NCBI GenBank assembly: GCA_028715295.1 | Contig: JAQUSD010000001.1 | Coordinates: forward strand, 8,404 to 72,403 | Source of the DNA: Candidatus Nanoarchaeia archaeon | Lineage (GTDB): Archaea; Nanobdellota; Nanobdellia; JAQUSD01 | Reading direction: 5' to 3' | Length of the DNA: 64,000 bases | Shown here: positions 19,875 through 29,038 of the stretch, piece by piece | How positions within the stretch are numbered: position 1 is the stretch's first letter | Layout: every line of letters begins with the position of its first letter | Program-made: the position numbers and the translations under genes | The notes under the pieces: model-generated | What the model was told of the DNA's origin: nothing | The model's database searches: none | What the model saw: only the letters and a program-made list of their open reading frames with translations

Positions 19875-20550
19875 ACTTCTTGTTCTTGATTCAAGCACAA
19901 TAATTTCAATGGCTTCAAGCTGCCTGTTATGGGTATTTAAAGAGCTTAAATCTGTTTCAGGAGTTAGATTTTTTATAACTCCTTCTGTTAAGTTTGAAAC
20001 AATAGATAATGCAGTAAATAAAAAGAGGTGGATGCTTGAAGCACTGCGAGTAAAGATGCTGCTTAATGAGGGCGTTTTTGAACTTAATGAATCAAAGGAA
20101 ATTGACAGCATGTGCAGTGATATAATGAAATATTCAAATAGCATTTTCTTCAGGGGAGGGGAACCAATACATATAATTCATAAAGGTGAATGCGAGATTC
20201 TTGCTCTTTCAAAAATAATTGGTGCAGAGGTCATAGGCGTTGATGAAAAAACAACAAGACTGCTTATTGAGGATTACAAAGCGCTTTGGAGCATTCTTGA
20301 AAATAAACTTCACACAAAAATAAGTTTTCATGAGCAGAACTACAAAGCATTCATGGATATGATTGGGAAGAAATACATTATACGTTCAACTGAAATAGTT
20401 GGCTCTGCTTTTCAGCAGGGGATACTTCAGAAAAGAGTAAGAGGTTACCCTAAAGAAAGAGACGTTATAGAAGCTTCTCTGTGGGCGCTTAAATTCAGTG
20501 GTTGTGCAATTTCCGAAAATGAAATAAAGAGATATGTAAGCAAGATATGA
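19858..20550 (+). CDS. PIN-like (DUF3368-like) protein, putative toxin partner
   Basis: N-terminal LLVLDSSTIISMA is a PIN first-strand Asp motif. Further acidic residues occur (ELNESKEID, GECEILA, GVDEK). It is 230 aa, larger than typical DUF3368. Confidence 0.35.
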   Translation: MIKMNKLLVLDSSTIISMASSCLLWVFKELKSVSGVRFFITPSVKFETIDNAVNKKRWMLEALRVKMLLNEGVFELNESKEIDSMCSDIMKYSNSIFFRGGEPIHIIHKGECEILALSKIIGAEVIGVDEKTTRLLIEDYKALWSILENKLHTKISFHEQNYKAFMDMIGKKYIIRSTEIVGSAFQQGILQKRVRGYPKERDVIEASLWALKFSGCAISENEIKRYVSKI

Positions 20551-20697
20551 TGATAAAAAATGACAGAAGAATATAAGAACAACTCGGATTATAAACTAAA
20601 AAGTGATGAGATATACTGGAAGATGAAAGAAGCTACTGCGCCTCTTGCTCAAAAAATGGAAGAACTAAGGGAATTGATGAAAGGTTCTGAAAAGGAC

Positions 20698-21855
20698 TCA
20701 CTTGAAGATTCTAAAAAGCTCATTAAGTTTTGAAGTTCTTTCACTGCCTGCAATTCCTATTTTCATAAAAGGGCATCTGTATGCTACTGCAAGATGTGAC
20801 AATATCGAATCTTCAGTTTCCTGGGAACGATGTGACAGTATAGGGATTATCCTGTTTTTTTTGCACAATTCAACAAATTCTCCTGTTTTAATAAGAGAAC
20901 CTACTTGATTTGGTTTTACTATTGCAGAATTTCCATAATTCATATTTAATGCTTTTTTAAGCTTGTCTGGATTTGTTGCAAGCAAATCATCACCACAGAT
21001 CAAACATTTCTTGCCCACAGAACTGTAAAGTTCTGAGAACATTTTTACATCATTTTCGGAAAAAGCATCCTCCAGATAATAAATATCATACTTATCTATT
21101 AATTTGATTAAATAATCCATGTATTTGCTCTTTGAAAGCTTTCTGTTGTTTATAGTATAACTCCCAGACTTAAAAAAATGATTAGCAGCAACGTCCGCCC
21201 CCAAGACAACTCTTTTTTTAGTTTTGTCAGCAATTTCAGAAACGATGCTACTGAGTTCAGAAAGTGATTTCTCATTTGATAAATTAGTTATAAGTGCATT
21301 TTCTTGATTTCTTCCAAATACTTTTATTTTTTTTTGAAGCATGCTGTATGCAAGTGAATTTATAGCAACTGCCTGTCTTATATTATCAGGATTTAAGCAT
21401 GTTATAAGAAACTCCTGAAATTCAGGCCCATTGCCGAAAGAGTGAGAGCCCCCCCCAATAACATTGCTTAATATATTCGGCATACTCACAGAATTATTGT
21501 TAATAAGCAAGTATTCAGGAACACCCATCTCAGAAGCCATTGCCTTGATAATAGCATATTCAACAGCAAGAACTGAATTGCCCCCGTACTTTTTAAAAAT
21601 TTTTTCGATTTCATTCAAAACTGACAAATCATTGACAACATAATTCTTCATAACCTCTGACATATTTCTGTTTATTGCATCAACACAATATTCAACATCA
21701 TCTTTTGCAAATTCCTGTATTTCTGCACTTCCTTTGCTCGTCCCTGAAGGAACTGACGCATAGAATTTTCCTTTTGTAGTTTCAATTTCAATCTCAATTG
21801 TATAGTTAGATGAGGAGTTAAGAATTTTTCTTGCAATAAGACTTCTTATTATCAT
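20698..21855 (-). CDS. eno: enolase (phosphopyruvate hydratase), divergent short form
   Basis: N-terminal MIIRSLIARKILNSSSNYTIEIEI...SVPSGTSKGSAE. Active-site region ILSHRSQETEDS and VKPNQVGSL match the enolase signatures SHRSGETED and KxNQIGT. Confidence 0.75.
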   Translation of the reverse strand: MIIRSLIARKILNSSSNYTIEIEIETTKGKFYASVPSGTSKGSAEIQEFAKDDVEYCVDAINRNMSEVMKNYVVNDLSVLNEIEKIFKKYGGNSVLAVEYAIIKAMASEMGVPEYLLINNNSVSMPNILSNVIGGGSHSFGNGPEFQEFLITCLNPDNIRQAVAINSLAYSMLQKKIKVFGRNQENALITNLSNEKSLSELSSIVSEIADKTKKRVVLGADVAANHFFKSGSYTINNRKLSKSKYMDYLIKLIDKYDIYYLEDAFSENDVKMFSELYSSVGKKCLICGDDLLATNPDKLKKALNMNYGNSAIVKPNQVGSLIKTGEFVELCKKNRIIPILSHRSQETEDSILSHLAVAYRCPFMKIGIAGSERTSKLNELFRIFK

Positions 21856-21977
21856 GATTAATTATAAAATCCCCCTGTTATTAAAGTTAATGCTGAAGTA
21901 TTACTTTATCGGTTGAATAATCAGCTCTTTGTAATACTTAAGCAACAATTTTAAGGTTGAGGTTTTCTTAGAAAATT

Positions 21978-22304
21978 ATGGAAATGGGGTCTGTTCAAAA
22001 ATATGCGGTGGCAGTTTATGTATCAAGCGATATATACGCTCCTTATATTAAGGACTTCTCAGACTTGGTAAAAAAACAGAACCCACATAATTATCTTCAT
22101 TCCGAATGTTTTGATGTTCTGACTTTTGAGGTTGACGCAAATGATTCCAAAATAATGCTTTCTGTTTTAGGCGTAATCAAGCCGATTTTTGGTGACTTTC
22201 TCAAAAAAAAGGATTTAATAATTGAGGAAACTACAACGAGTAGTTTTGAAGAACTTCTTGAAGAAATAAAAACAAAGGCCTTACAAATTATCAAAAAGTG
22301 CTAA
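21978..22304 (+). CDS. hypothetical protein
   Basis: 108-aa ORF between eno and ppsA. No motif. Confidence 0.3.
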   Translation: MEMGSVQKYAVAVYVSSDIYAPYIKDFSDLVKKQNPHNYLHSECFDVLTFEVDANDSKIMLSVLGVIKPIFGDFLKKKDLIIEETTTSSFEELLEEIKTKALQIIKKC

Positions 22305-24907
22305 AACATCTGGGTGTTCTCACTGATTTTTTCAATATCCACCTTTTTTTCAGTCTTTGCAACAAGAGTTCTTGTTGATGCAACTACATCAGGATTGACA
22401 GATATTGAATCTATCCCGCATCTGACAAGGAACTCTGTAAATTCAGGGTAAACAGAAGGTGCCTGTCCGCATATTGAAACAGGAACATTATGTTTGTGTG
22501 CTGTATCAATAAGATACTTTACTGCTCTCAAAACAGCAGAATTTCTTTCATCAAAGTAATTCATTTTTCCAAGTCTTGCTGAATCTCTGTCAACACCTAA
22601 AATCAACTGAGTTAAATCATTCGAACCTATTGAAAAAAAATCTGTTATCTTGCTGAACTCATCAGCCATAAATATTATAGAAGGCAATTCAGCCATAATC
22701 CCTATTTTAAAATCATGTCCTGATGAAAGCCCTTCTGTCTTCATTATCTCAACGACTTTCTTTACTTCCCAGACAGTTCTTACAAAAGGGAGCATAACCC
22801 ATATATTCCTGTATTTTTGCCTTGCCTTTTTTATTGCTCTACACTCAAGCCTGAAGGCTTTTTCAAAATCTTCATGTATATACCTTGAACATCCCCTCCA
22901 ACCAATCATGGGATTTTCTTCTTTTGGTTCAAATTCAGCGCCTCCTTCAAGATTGCTGTATTCATTTGTCTTAAAATCTGAAAATCTAACAATAACTGGT
23001 TTAGGGTACACTGCAGATGCTACTTTTTCAATTCCCTCAGTAAGTTTATTGGAATATTCATCTCCTCTGCCATCTTTTATCAGTTTCATAGGATGTCCTT
23101 TTATTGAACTTGCTATTATAAACTCAATCCTCATCAACCCCACCCCATCAAATGGAAGTTTTTTATATTGCTCAGCTTTTTCAGGAACTCCAAGGTTCAT
23201 GTAAATCTTTGTTCTTGTTTCTTCGTAAGGGGCGTTTTCTGTTTCAGAAGCCATTTCACTGTCCTCATATTTTTTAACTAAATCAAGCACTGCACTCTGT
23301 TTTGGAGCTTCAAAAACATCATTTTCAAATTCTTCTGCAACTGCTATTTCACCAGCAGAAATTTCACCGGCAGAAGATTCTTTTTCTTCTATTATTTTAT
23401 TAATGTCCTTTTCTTCATCTTTTTCACTGTACAGCAGGTTATGTTCTTCAAATTCAGACTCCTTAACAGGTTCAATTTGCTCCTGCAACTGCTCCTGCGG
23501 AGCTAACCTGACAGAAGAGTCTGCTCTGTAAACTTTTCCGCTTGTTGCATCAACAATAATATTCATACCTGACTGAAGTTTTTTTGTTGCGCTTTCAGTT
23601 CCAACAATGCATGGAACTCCAAGCTCTCTTGAAACAATTGCTGCATGACTGGTCATACCTCCTTCGTCAGTGACTATTGCCGAGGCTTTTTTCATTGCAG
23701 GAACAAAATCAGGGTCAGTCATAGTTGTTACAAGAATGTCGCCTTTTTGAATTTTGTCTACATCATCAGCGCTGTTTATTACTCTCACAACACCAGATGC
23801 AACTCCTGGACTTGCTGAAAGCCCTTTAAGTATAAGCATGCTTTCGTTATGTTCAACTTTTTCAGTAGCTCTTTTCTTAACTTCTTCAATCGCAGTGACT
23901 GGGCGTGACTGCACAATATAAAGTCTTGCTTCTTCAACAGCCCATTCAATATCCTGCGGGACTCCTGAATAAAGCTGCTCTATTTTAAGAATATATTTTG
24001 ACAGCTCTTTAATCTGTTCATCGCTTAAAACCTGCTCCTTTGCTTTTGAAGATGACAAAGGCTTTTTTATGACTCCTAATTTATTTCCAGTAATGTCTCT
24101 TGTGTACATCCATGTTTGTTCATTTATTTTTTTGCTTTTTATATTAAGGGACTGCTTGTCAACAATATACAAATCTGGATTGACTTTTCCAGCAACTATT
24201 GCTTCCCCAACGCCCCATCCTGCTTCAACTACAATTTCATCATCTCCGTTTACAGGATTGATTGAGAAAGCAACTCCTGATTTTTCAGAATCAAGCATTT
24301 TCTGAACAACAACCGCAATGTAAACTTTGTCATGGGGGAAGTTGTGCTTTGTTCTGTAAAATATTGAACGTGCTGTAAAAAGACTTGCCCAACATTCCTT
24401 TACTGCATTTACAACTGGCTCGTCACCTTTTATAAAAAGCAGTGTTTTCTGCTGTCCTGCAAAACTTGCTCCCGGAAGGTCCTCTGCTGTTGCTGAACTT
24501 CTTGCAGCAACATAAGGAAAGTCTCTGCCTGCACCTATCAACTGCATGGCTCTTTCATCAAGAGCATCATATCTGTCACCACCTATGTTCATCTTCTTGT
24601 AAGCATCTATTATTGCAAATTTTATCTCTGAAGGAACTGATGCCGATACAATCATTTCCTGTATCTCCTTTGCAACAGCCATTAATCCAGAAGTATTGTC
24701 AACATCAAGGCCTGAGAGTACGGAGAGTATCTTATCCTTTAATCCAGTAAGTTCAAGAAACTCTTTGTAAGTGTCTGTAGTAACAACAAAAGCAGAAGGA
24801 ACAGGAAGCCCTGAATTATACATTTCCCCAAGATTAGCAGCTTTTCCTCCTGCAATATTCAGGCTGTTTTTTGATAAATCCTTCAGCCATAAAATTCTTT
24901 TTACCAC
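22301..24907 (-). CDS. ppsA: phosphoenolpyruvate synthase (pyruvate, water dikinase) with acidic low-complexity insertion
   Basis: N-terminal ATP-grasp region (LSKNSLNIAGGKAANLGEM), phospho-His domain (GGMTSHAAIVSRELGVPCIVG) and C-terminal PEP-utilising TIM barrel (GIMAELP...GSNDLTQ). The ~100-aa Glu-rich insert lies at about 23240-23540. Confidence 0.85.
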   Translation of the reverse strand: MVKRILWLKDLSKNSLNIAGGKAANLGEMYNSGLPVPSAFVVTTDTYKEFLELTGLKDKILSVLSGLDVDNTSGLMAVAKEIQEMIVSASVPSEIKFAIIDAYKKMNIGGDRYDALDERAMQLIGAGRDFPYVAARSSATAEDLPGASFAGQQKTLLFIKGDEPVVNAVKECWASLFTARSIFYRTKHNFPHDKVYIAVVVQKMLDSEKSGVAFSINPVNGDDEIVVEAGWGVGEAIVAGKVNPDLYIVDKQSLNIKSKKINEQTWMYTRDITGNKLGVIKKPLSSSKAKEQVLSDEQIKELSKYILKIEQLYSGVPQDIEWAVEEARLYIVQSRPVTAIEEVKKRATEKVEHNESMLILKGLSASPGVASGVVRVINSADDVDKIQKGDILVTTMTDPDFVPAMKKASAIVTDEGGMTSHAAIVSRELGVPCIVGTESATKKLQSGMNIIVDATSGKVYRADSSVRLAPQEQLQEQIEPVKESEFEEHNLLYSEKDEEKDINKIIEEKESSAGEISAGEIAVAEEFENDVFEAPKQSAVLDLVKKYEDSEMASETENAPYEETRTKIYMNLGVPEKAEQYKKLPFDGVGLMRIEFIIASSIKGHPMKLIKDGRGDEYSNKLTEGIEKVASAVYPKPVIVRFSDFKTNEYSNLEGGAEFEPKEENPMIGWRGCSRYIHEDFEKAFRLECRAIKKARQKYRNIWVMLPFVRTVWEVKKVVEIMKTEGLSSGHDFKIGIMAELPSIIFMADEFSKITDFFSIGSNDLTQLILGVDRDSARLGKMNYFDERNSAVLRAVKYLIDTAHKHNVPVSICGQAPSVYPEFTEFLVRCGIDSISVNPDVVASTRTLVAKTEKKVDIEKISENTQMF

Positions 24908-25021
24908 CTTATCCCCACCTGATAAATTAAATTAATACCTTATTATTTATAACTTTGTCCATTATAAAAATGTTACACTTAACAACCAATAATAAAAATA
25001 ACGAATTTCTTTATTCTAACA

Positions 25022-25552
25022 ATGAAAAGCAGTGCTTTATTAAAATTAAACGGGCTTGCAAAAAAATACAAAAAAATTGTTCTTGTTCTTATACTTGCTG
25101 TAAATATCTTTGGAGTTATAATTGGTTATGAAAACTATATCCAGATAGCAGTTGAACTAAGCCAGATTAAATCCTACATATTTACATACTGTGCAACAGC
25201 AACAGCAATTGCTTCAATTAGCATAGTATTTATGCTCATCGGAAAGGAAGATTTAGGGGATTTTATTGCCCTTTTCTCTGTATCATGGCTTATGTTTTTT
25301 GGGCTCATAGCAGTTGTTCTTGCATTCATATATCCGGGGAGTTTATTTGAATGGAGAATATTATTGGAATCCATAGGTTGGATTTTAATTCATGCATTTA
25401 TGTTTTTTGAAGGTTTATTTTTTATAGGGACTGCAAAAATCAAAAACATTTTTCTACCACTTGTCCTCGGGGCTGTTGTTCTTTCATTATACCTGCTTGC
25501 CTCAATGGATTTTATGCAGATTGTTATCTTCTGGTTTTTCAAAGCACAGTAA
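25022..25552 (+). CDS. DUF1405-like polytopic membrane protein (paralog 1)
   Basis: Six predicted TM helices. It shares SWLMFFG and HAFMFxEA motifs with the next ORF and with 33609-34202. Confidence 0.45.
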   Translation: MKSSALLKLNGLAKKYKKIVLVLILAVNIFGVIIGYENYIQIAVELSQIKSYIFTYCATATAIASISIVFMLIGKEDLGDFIALFSVSWLMFFGLIAVVLAFIYPGSLFEWRILLESIGWILIHAFMFFEGLFFIGTAKIKNIFLPLVLGAVVLSLYLLASMDFMQIVIFWFFKAQ

Positions 25553-25585
25553 TAAAAATAAACAAGTTGTGTATATTTATGTTAG

Positions 25586-26125
25586 ATGAACATAAGGCTT
25601 TTTCCAGGAAAAATAAGAGAATGGTTGTATGAACAGTCTCAGTGGAGTTACTGGAAAAGGAATACTGCTTTTGTGTTTCTTATAATCAATCTTGTTCTTT
25701 CAGTAGGAACTTATGTAAATTATTATAATGTTGCTGTTGATTTAAACAGCATAATCCCTATTTTGTTTGCATACTGTGCTTTTTCAGAACTTATTGCAGT
25801 AATAGGGCTGTTTTTTTATTTAATTAAAAATCAGAAGCACACTGGAGAATTTTTTATACTTATTTCAGTACCATGGCTTATGTTTTTTGGATTTATTGCT
25901 GCTATTGTTCCTTTTCTTTCAGGACTAGCAATGGATACTGGATTTTTTTTAGGGATTGTATACCATGCATTTATGTTTGTAGAGGCGTTTGTTTTGATAA
26001 AGCTTGTTGATGGTAAAGATATTATGTTCCCTCTGCTTTTAGGAGCTTCTCTGCTAGTAATGTATATGATAATTTCAAAAGATTTTTGGAGGCTTGCTCT
26101 CCTTTTGTTTTTTAGTTATAGCTGA
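25586..26125 (+). CDS. DUF1405-like polytopic membrane protein (paralog 2, tandem)
   Basis: Same architecture and motifs (VPWLMFFGF, YHAFMFVEAF) as 25022-25552. Confidence 0.45.
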   Translation: MNIRLFPGKIREWLYEQSQWSYWKRNTAFVFLIINLVLSVGTYVNYYNVAVDLNSIIPILFAYCAFSELIAVIGLFFYLIKNQKHTGEFFILISVPWLMFFGFIAAIVPFLSGLAMDTGFFLGIVYHAFMFVEAFVLIKLVDGKDIMFPLLLGASLLVMYMIISKDFWRLALLLFFSYS

Positions 26126-26659
26126 TTAACAAAGAGGCTTCCCATTGTCTATTGCTATTCTTATAGGAAGTTTTTTGCCTGCTCTTTTAAGAGCTTCGAC
26201 AGCAAAACCAAAATAAGCATTATCTACTTCTATTGAAAAAACCTGCTGATTGGACTTAATAATTGCAGCCCTTCCAACAGGTTTTCCAAAAGCCTTCTGC
26301 ATACCGCTTGAATAACGGTCTGCTCCTGCTCCACATGCTATTGGTTTTTCTCTTAAAACCTGATGCGGATAAGTGTGGATTATGAATTTGTAATTTTCAG
26401 GTTTTACTTTTTTATTCATAAAATTTGTAATTGCTATTCTCGCGGATTCAAGTGCGTTATGCCTAATCAAAGATTTTTCCTTTTCAGCAGATTTAAGAAT
26501 AAATCTCTTTGCAAACTGGGCTTTTGAACTTCCCATTACATATTTTGCCACTCTTGAGCCTGGTATACCTTTAATATAGCTTTTTTTCCTGTATCTGCTG
26601 TGCCTTGTAAAAGCTCTCTCAACTTCTCGGTGGCATCTTCCCGGTCTTAATTTAGCCAT
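26126..26659 (-). CDS. rpl10e: ribosomal protein L10e (uL16)
   Basis: MAKLRPGRCHREVERAFTR...GIPGSRVAKYVMG and the ACGAGADR region match the archaeal L10e signature. Confidence 0.8.
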   Translation of the reverse strand: MAKLRPGRCHREVERAFTRHSRYRKKSYIKGIPGSRVAKYVMGSSKAQFAKRFILKSAEKEKSLIRHNALESARIAITNFMNKKVKPENYKFIIHTYPHQVLREKPIACGAGADRYSSGMQKAFGKPVGRAAIIKSNQQVFSIEVDNAYFGFAVEALKRAGKKLPIRIAIDNGKPLC

Positions 26660-26661
26660 AG

Positions 26662-27120
26662 TTAATCTACAATATCCTTTGTTTTTTTAAACATTTCTAT
26701 TATTGAGGGTATATTAGCAAAGTGCTTTCTTATGACTTCTTTCTCAAAAAAATTAAACTTACCCTGTATTTCATGGACTTTTTTATCACTGCATTTTATC
26801 ACAGCAGTACATGAGAAATAATTTTCACCCATATCATATCTGTCATACAAAACAGAAATCTCCATGTCTGATAATTCAAATGTCCTGAATTCGCTTATTT
26901 CACAGGGTTTTTCTGGAAAATAAACTCCGGTAAGGTATGAAAGAAAACAGAACTCTTTGCAGAGTGTATTCTTGTAAATTTTATGTTTCCAAGCCACCAT
27001 TTCAGTTTTAGCTTGTATTGGAAAGATTAAAAAAATTGCGATTTTCTTTAATAACTGTTTATGGAAGATTATAAGTTCATATTTAATGAAGCTATGCGGG
27101 AAGTTTCTCTCGCAGATCAT
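26662..27120 (-). CDS. hypothetical protein
   Basis: 152-aa ORF. No motif. It overlaps the 5' end of the next plus-strand ORF, so the start of one or both is uncertain. Confidence 0.3.
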   Translation of the reverse strand: MICERNFPHSFIKYELIIFHKQLLKKIAIFLIFPIQAKTEMVAWKHKIYKNTLCKEFCFLSYLTGVYFPEKPCEISEFRTFELSDMEISVLYDRYDMGENYFSCTAVIKCSDKKVHEIQGKFNFFEKEVIRKHFANIPSIIEMFKKTKDIVD

Positions 27121-27519
27121 ATTATATACACAACTTATCCTATTGTTAAGGACAAGGCCCTTTTTCTTTCAGCAGTAAACCATCTCACAAACAGTGCTGT
27201 AAAAGCAATAAATTCCTATCTTTCAAAAGAAAAATATTACAAAAGAATACTTATGGTTCCAGAGTCTAACAGGCTTAAAGTAAGAATGTTTATTGAAAAG
27301 TATTCAAGCGACATGAACATCAACCAGGATTTCTGGAACAGTCTGCTTGATATGGTTGAACTTGCTGATTCAAAGCCAAGCAGAATTCAGTTTGAGAAGC
27401 AGGATACATTGTGTATTGTTAATGAAAATTACAGGATGTTCAGGTTTGATATGGACAAAGTCAAAAAACATCTCATTTTAGTAAAAGATTTAATAAGAAA
27501 AATAGATAATAAATTATAG
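27061..27519 (+). CDS. hypothetical protein (first gene of a two-gene operon)
   Basis: 152-aa ORF, 1-nt gap to the next ORF. No motif. Confidence 0.35.
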   Translation: MEDYKFIFNEAMREVSLADHIIYTTYPIVKDKALFLSAVNHLTNSAVKAINSYLSKEKYYKRILMVPESNRLKVRMFIEKYSSDMNINQDFWNSLLDMVELADSKPSRIQFEKQDTLCIVNENYRMFRFDMDKVKKHLILVKDLIRKIDNKL

Positions 27520-27520
27520 A

Positions 27521-27919
27521 ATGAACAGGATGCTTGAGAGGGCTAAGCTTGAACTTTCCAGGGCAGAAGTAATGCTTAAAGCAGGAATTAAAAGTGTTGA
27601 GGCTTTAAGGACATTCTTAGTACAGCTTACAGGAACAATTGAACATCTTGTTGATGCTGTTGCTGACGAACAGGAGAAAAACTTTGACAAGCATCTTGTT
27701 TCAGAAGGTTATATTGATGATGATGTTTTCGAGCTTTATTACCACTTAAAAATGCTGACGACAATGGATTTTGAAAAAACATCTGACGGCTTTAAAGCAG
27801 GAAACTGGAAATCAACTTTTGAAATTGACAACGAACTTCTTGAGGAATATTTCAGGAAAGTTAAAAGTTATTTTCTTGAAACTGCTGAAAAAACACCAAT
27901 AACTACACGTTTAGAATAA
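27521..27919 (+). CDS. hypothetical alpha-helical protein
   Basis: 132-aa ORF, all-helical. Faint HEPN-like character (AEVMLKAG...TIEHLVDAV), which is unproven. Confidence 0.35.
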   Translation: MNRMLERAKLELSRAEVMLKAGIKSVEALRTFLVQLTGTIEHLVDAVADEQEKNFDKHLVSEGYIDDDVFELYYHLKMLTTMDFEKTSDGFKAGNWKSTFEIDNELLEEYFRKVKSYFLETAEKTPITTRLE

Positions 27920-29033
27920 ACTCTGCAGCTTCTTCTGCGCCTTTACCCTTTATATTAAGGGATTCAATTTTTTTCTTGATTTCTTCTTCACTGTCAAAGA
28001 ATTTCTTTAATTTATTCCTAAGTCTTTCTTCATCTTCAATCTCAAAAAGAGTTTCTGCAAGTCCGTATCTTCTCAGCATGTTTGCATTAGATATCTGTTC
28101 AATATGATTTGTAATGGGTATTATCAGGGACGGTTTTTTATAAACCATAAACTCAGAGATACTGCTGTGCCCTGCAAGAGATATTGCTCCTTTGCATATT
28201 TTAAGATATTCAAGGAAATTATCAAGGAAAGGGACTATAAGGATATAGTCTTTTTCAACAGGTTTAAGCACACTATAGTTGCTGCTTATAATGAATTTTT
28301 TATCTTCAAATTTCTTCAAAACCTTTACTATTTTGGTAAAAAATTCCTTTCCAAATGCAGAGCCACCAAGGTTTACAAGATAAAAATCACTATGCTGATT
28401 AAGCTTGTCCCTTAGCACTGATTCATTAGGGAGTTCATTCGGCTTCTGTCTGACAATCAAATCAACTATCTTAACTTTTGAAGAGATGTTTTTATATTTA
28501 ATCAAAGACGGAAAGATAACCATATCCATCCTTTTAAGAGCATAATTTACAAGTTTTTCAATAACATAAATCTGGTTCCTTGTATTTTCAATAATACTTC
28601 TTGGAAGATATTTTCTTTCTTCAAGAACTGATAGAAGATTCATTACCATTACTTTTTTAGTGTCAAAAAGTGTTGATGCAAAAAAAGCATTAGGCTCTGA
28701 ATCGCTTACAACAACATCAGGCTTGAATTCTGAAAGCATTGAAGATATTGTAAAGGTATCCCTCAACAGCGCAAAAGGATAATCCATATTTTTAACAATA
28801 TTTTCAAAAAGAGTGAATGTGCTGTCTGAGGTGTCATAATTAAAACCCATCATCTTTGTAGGAGCATATCTTTCTTTCTGGAAATATTCATAAGCCCGTT
28901 CGTATGTTGCTACTTTTGTCTGGCTGGATTTCTCAACCTCCTTCATTATTGCATGTATTCTTGTTGCATGCCCAAGTCCAACGCCACAGGGCACAAAAAG
29001 CACTCTTTTGTTCATATATCCCCCTTTATTCAA
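27903..29033 (-). CDS. glycosyltransferase (GT1/GT28 MurG/MGT-like UDP-glycosyltransferase)
   Basis: N-terminal VLFVPCGVGLGHATR. C-terminal GGSAFG...AGHSSISE nucleotide-sugar binding region. Confidence 0.65.
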   Translation of the reverse strand: MNKGGYMNKRVLFVPCGVGLGHATRIHAIMKEVEKSSQTKVATYERAYEYFQKERYAPTKMMGFNYDTSDSTFTLFENIVKNMDYPFALLRDTFTISSMLSEFKPDVVVSDSEPNAFFASTLFDTKKVMVMNLLSVLEERKYLPRSIIENTRNQIYVIEKLVNYALKRMDMVIFPSLIKYKNISSKVKIVDLIVRQKPNELPNESVLRDKLNQHSDFYLVNLGGSAFGKEFFTKIVKVLKKFEDKKFIISSNYSVLKPVEKDYILIVPFLDNFLEYLKICKGAISLAGHSSISEFMVYKKPSLIIPITNHIEQISNANMLRRYGLAETLFEIEDEERLRNKLKKFFDSEEEIKKKIESLNIKGKGAEEAAEFILNV

Positions 29034-29038
29034 CTTAT

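Noticed and set aside
22650-23204. 184-aa ORF antisense within ppsA
   Set aside because: It is a shadow ORF inside the well-supported PEP synthase gene.
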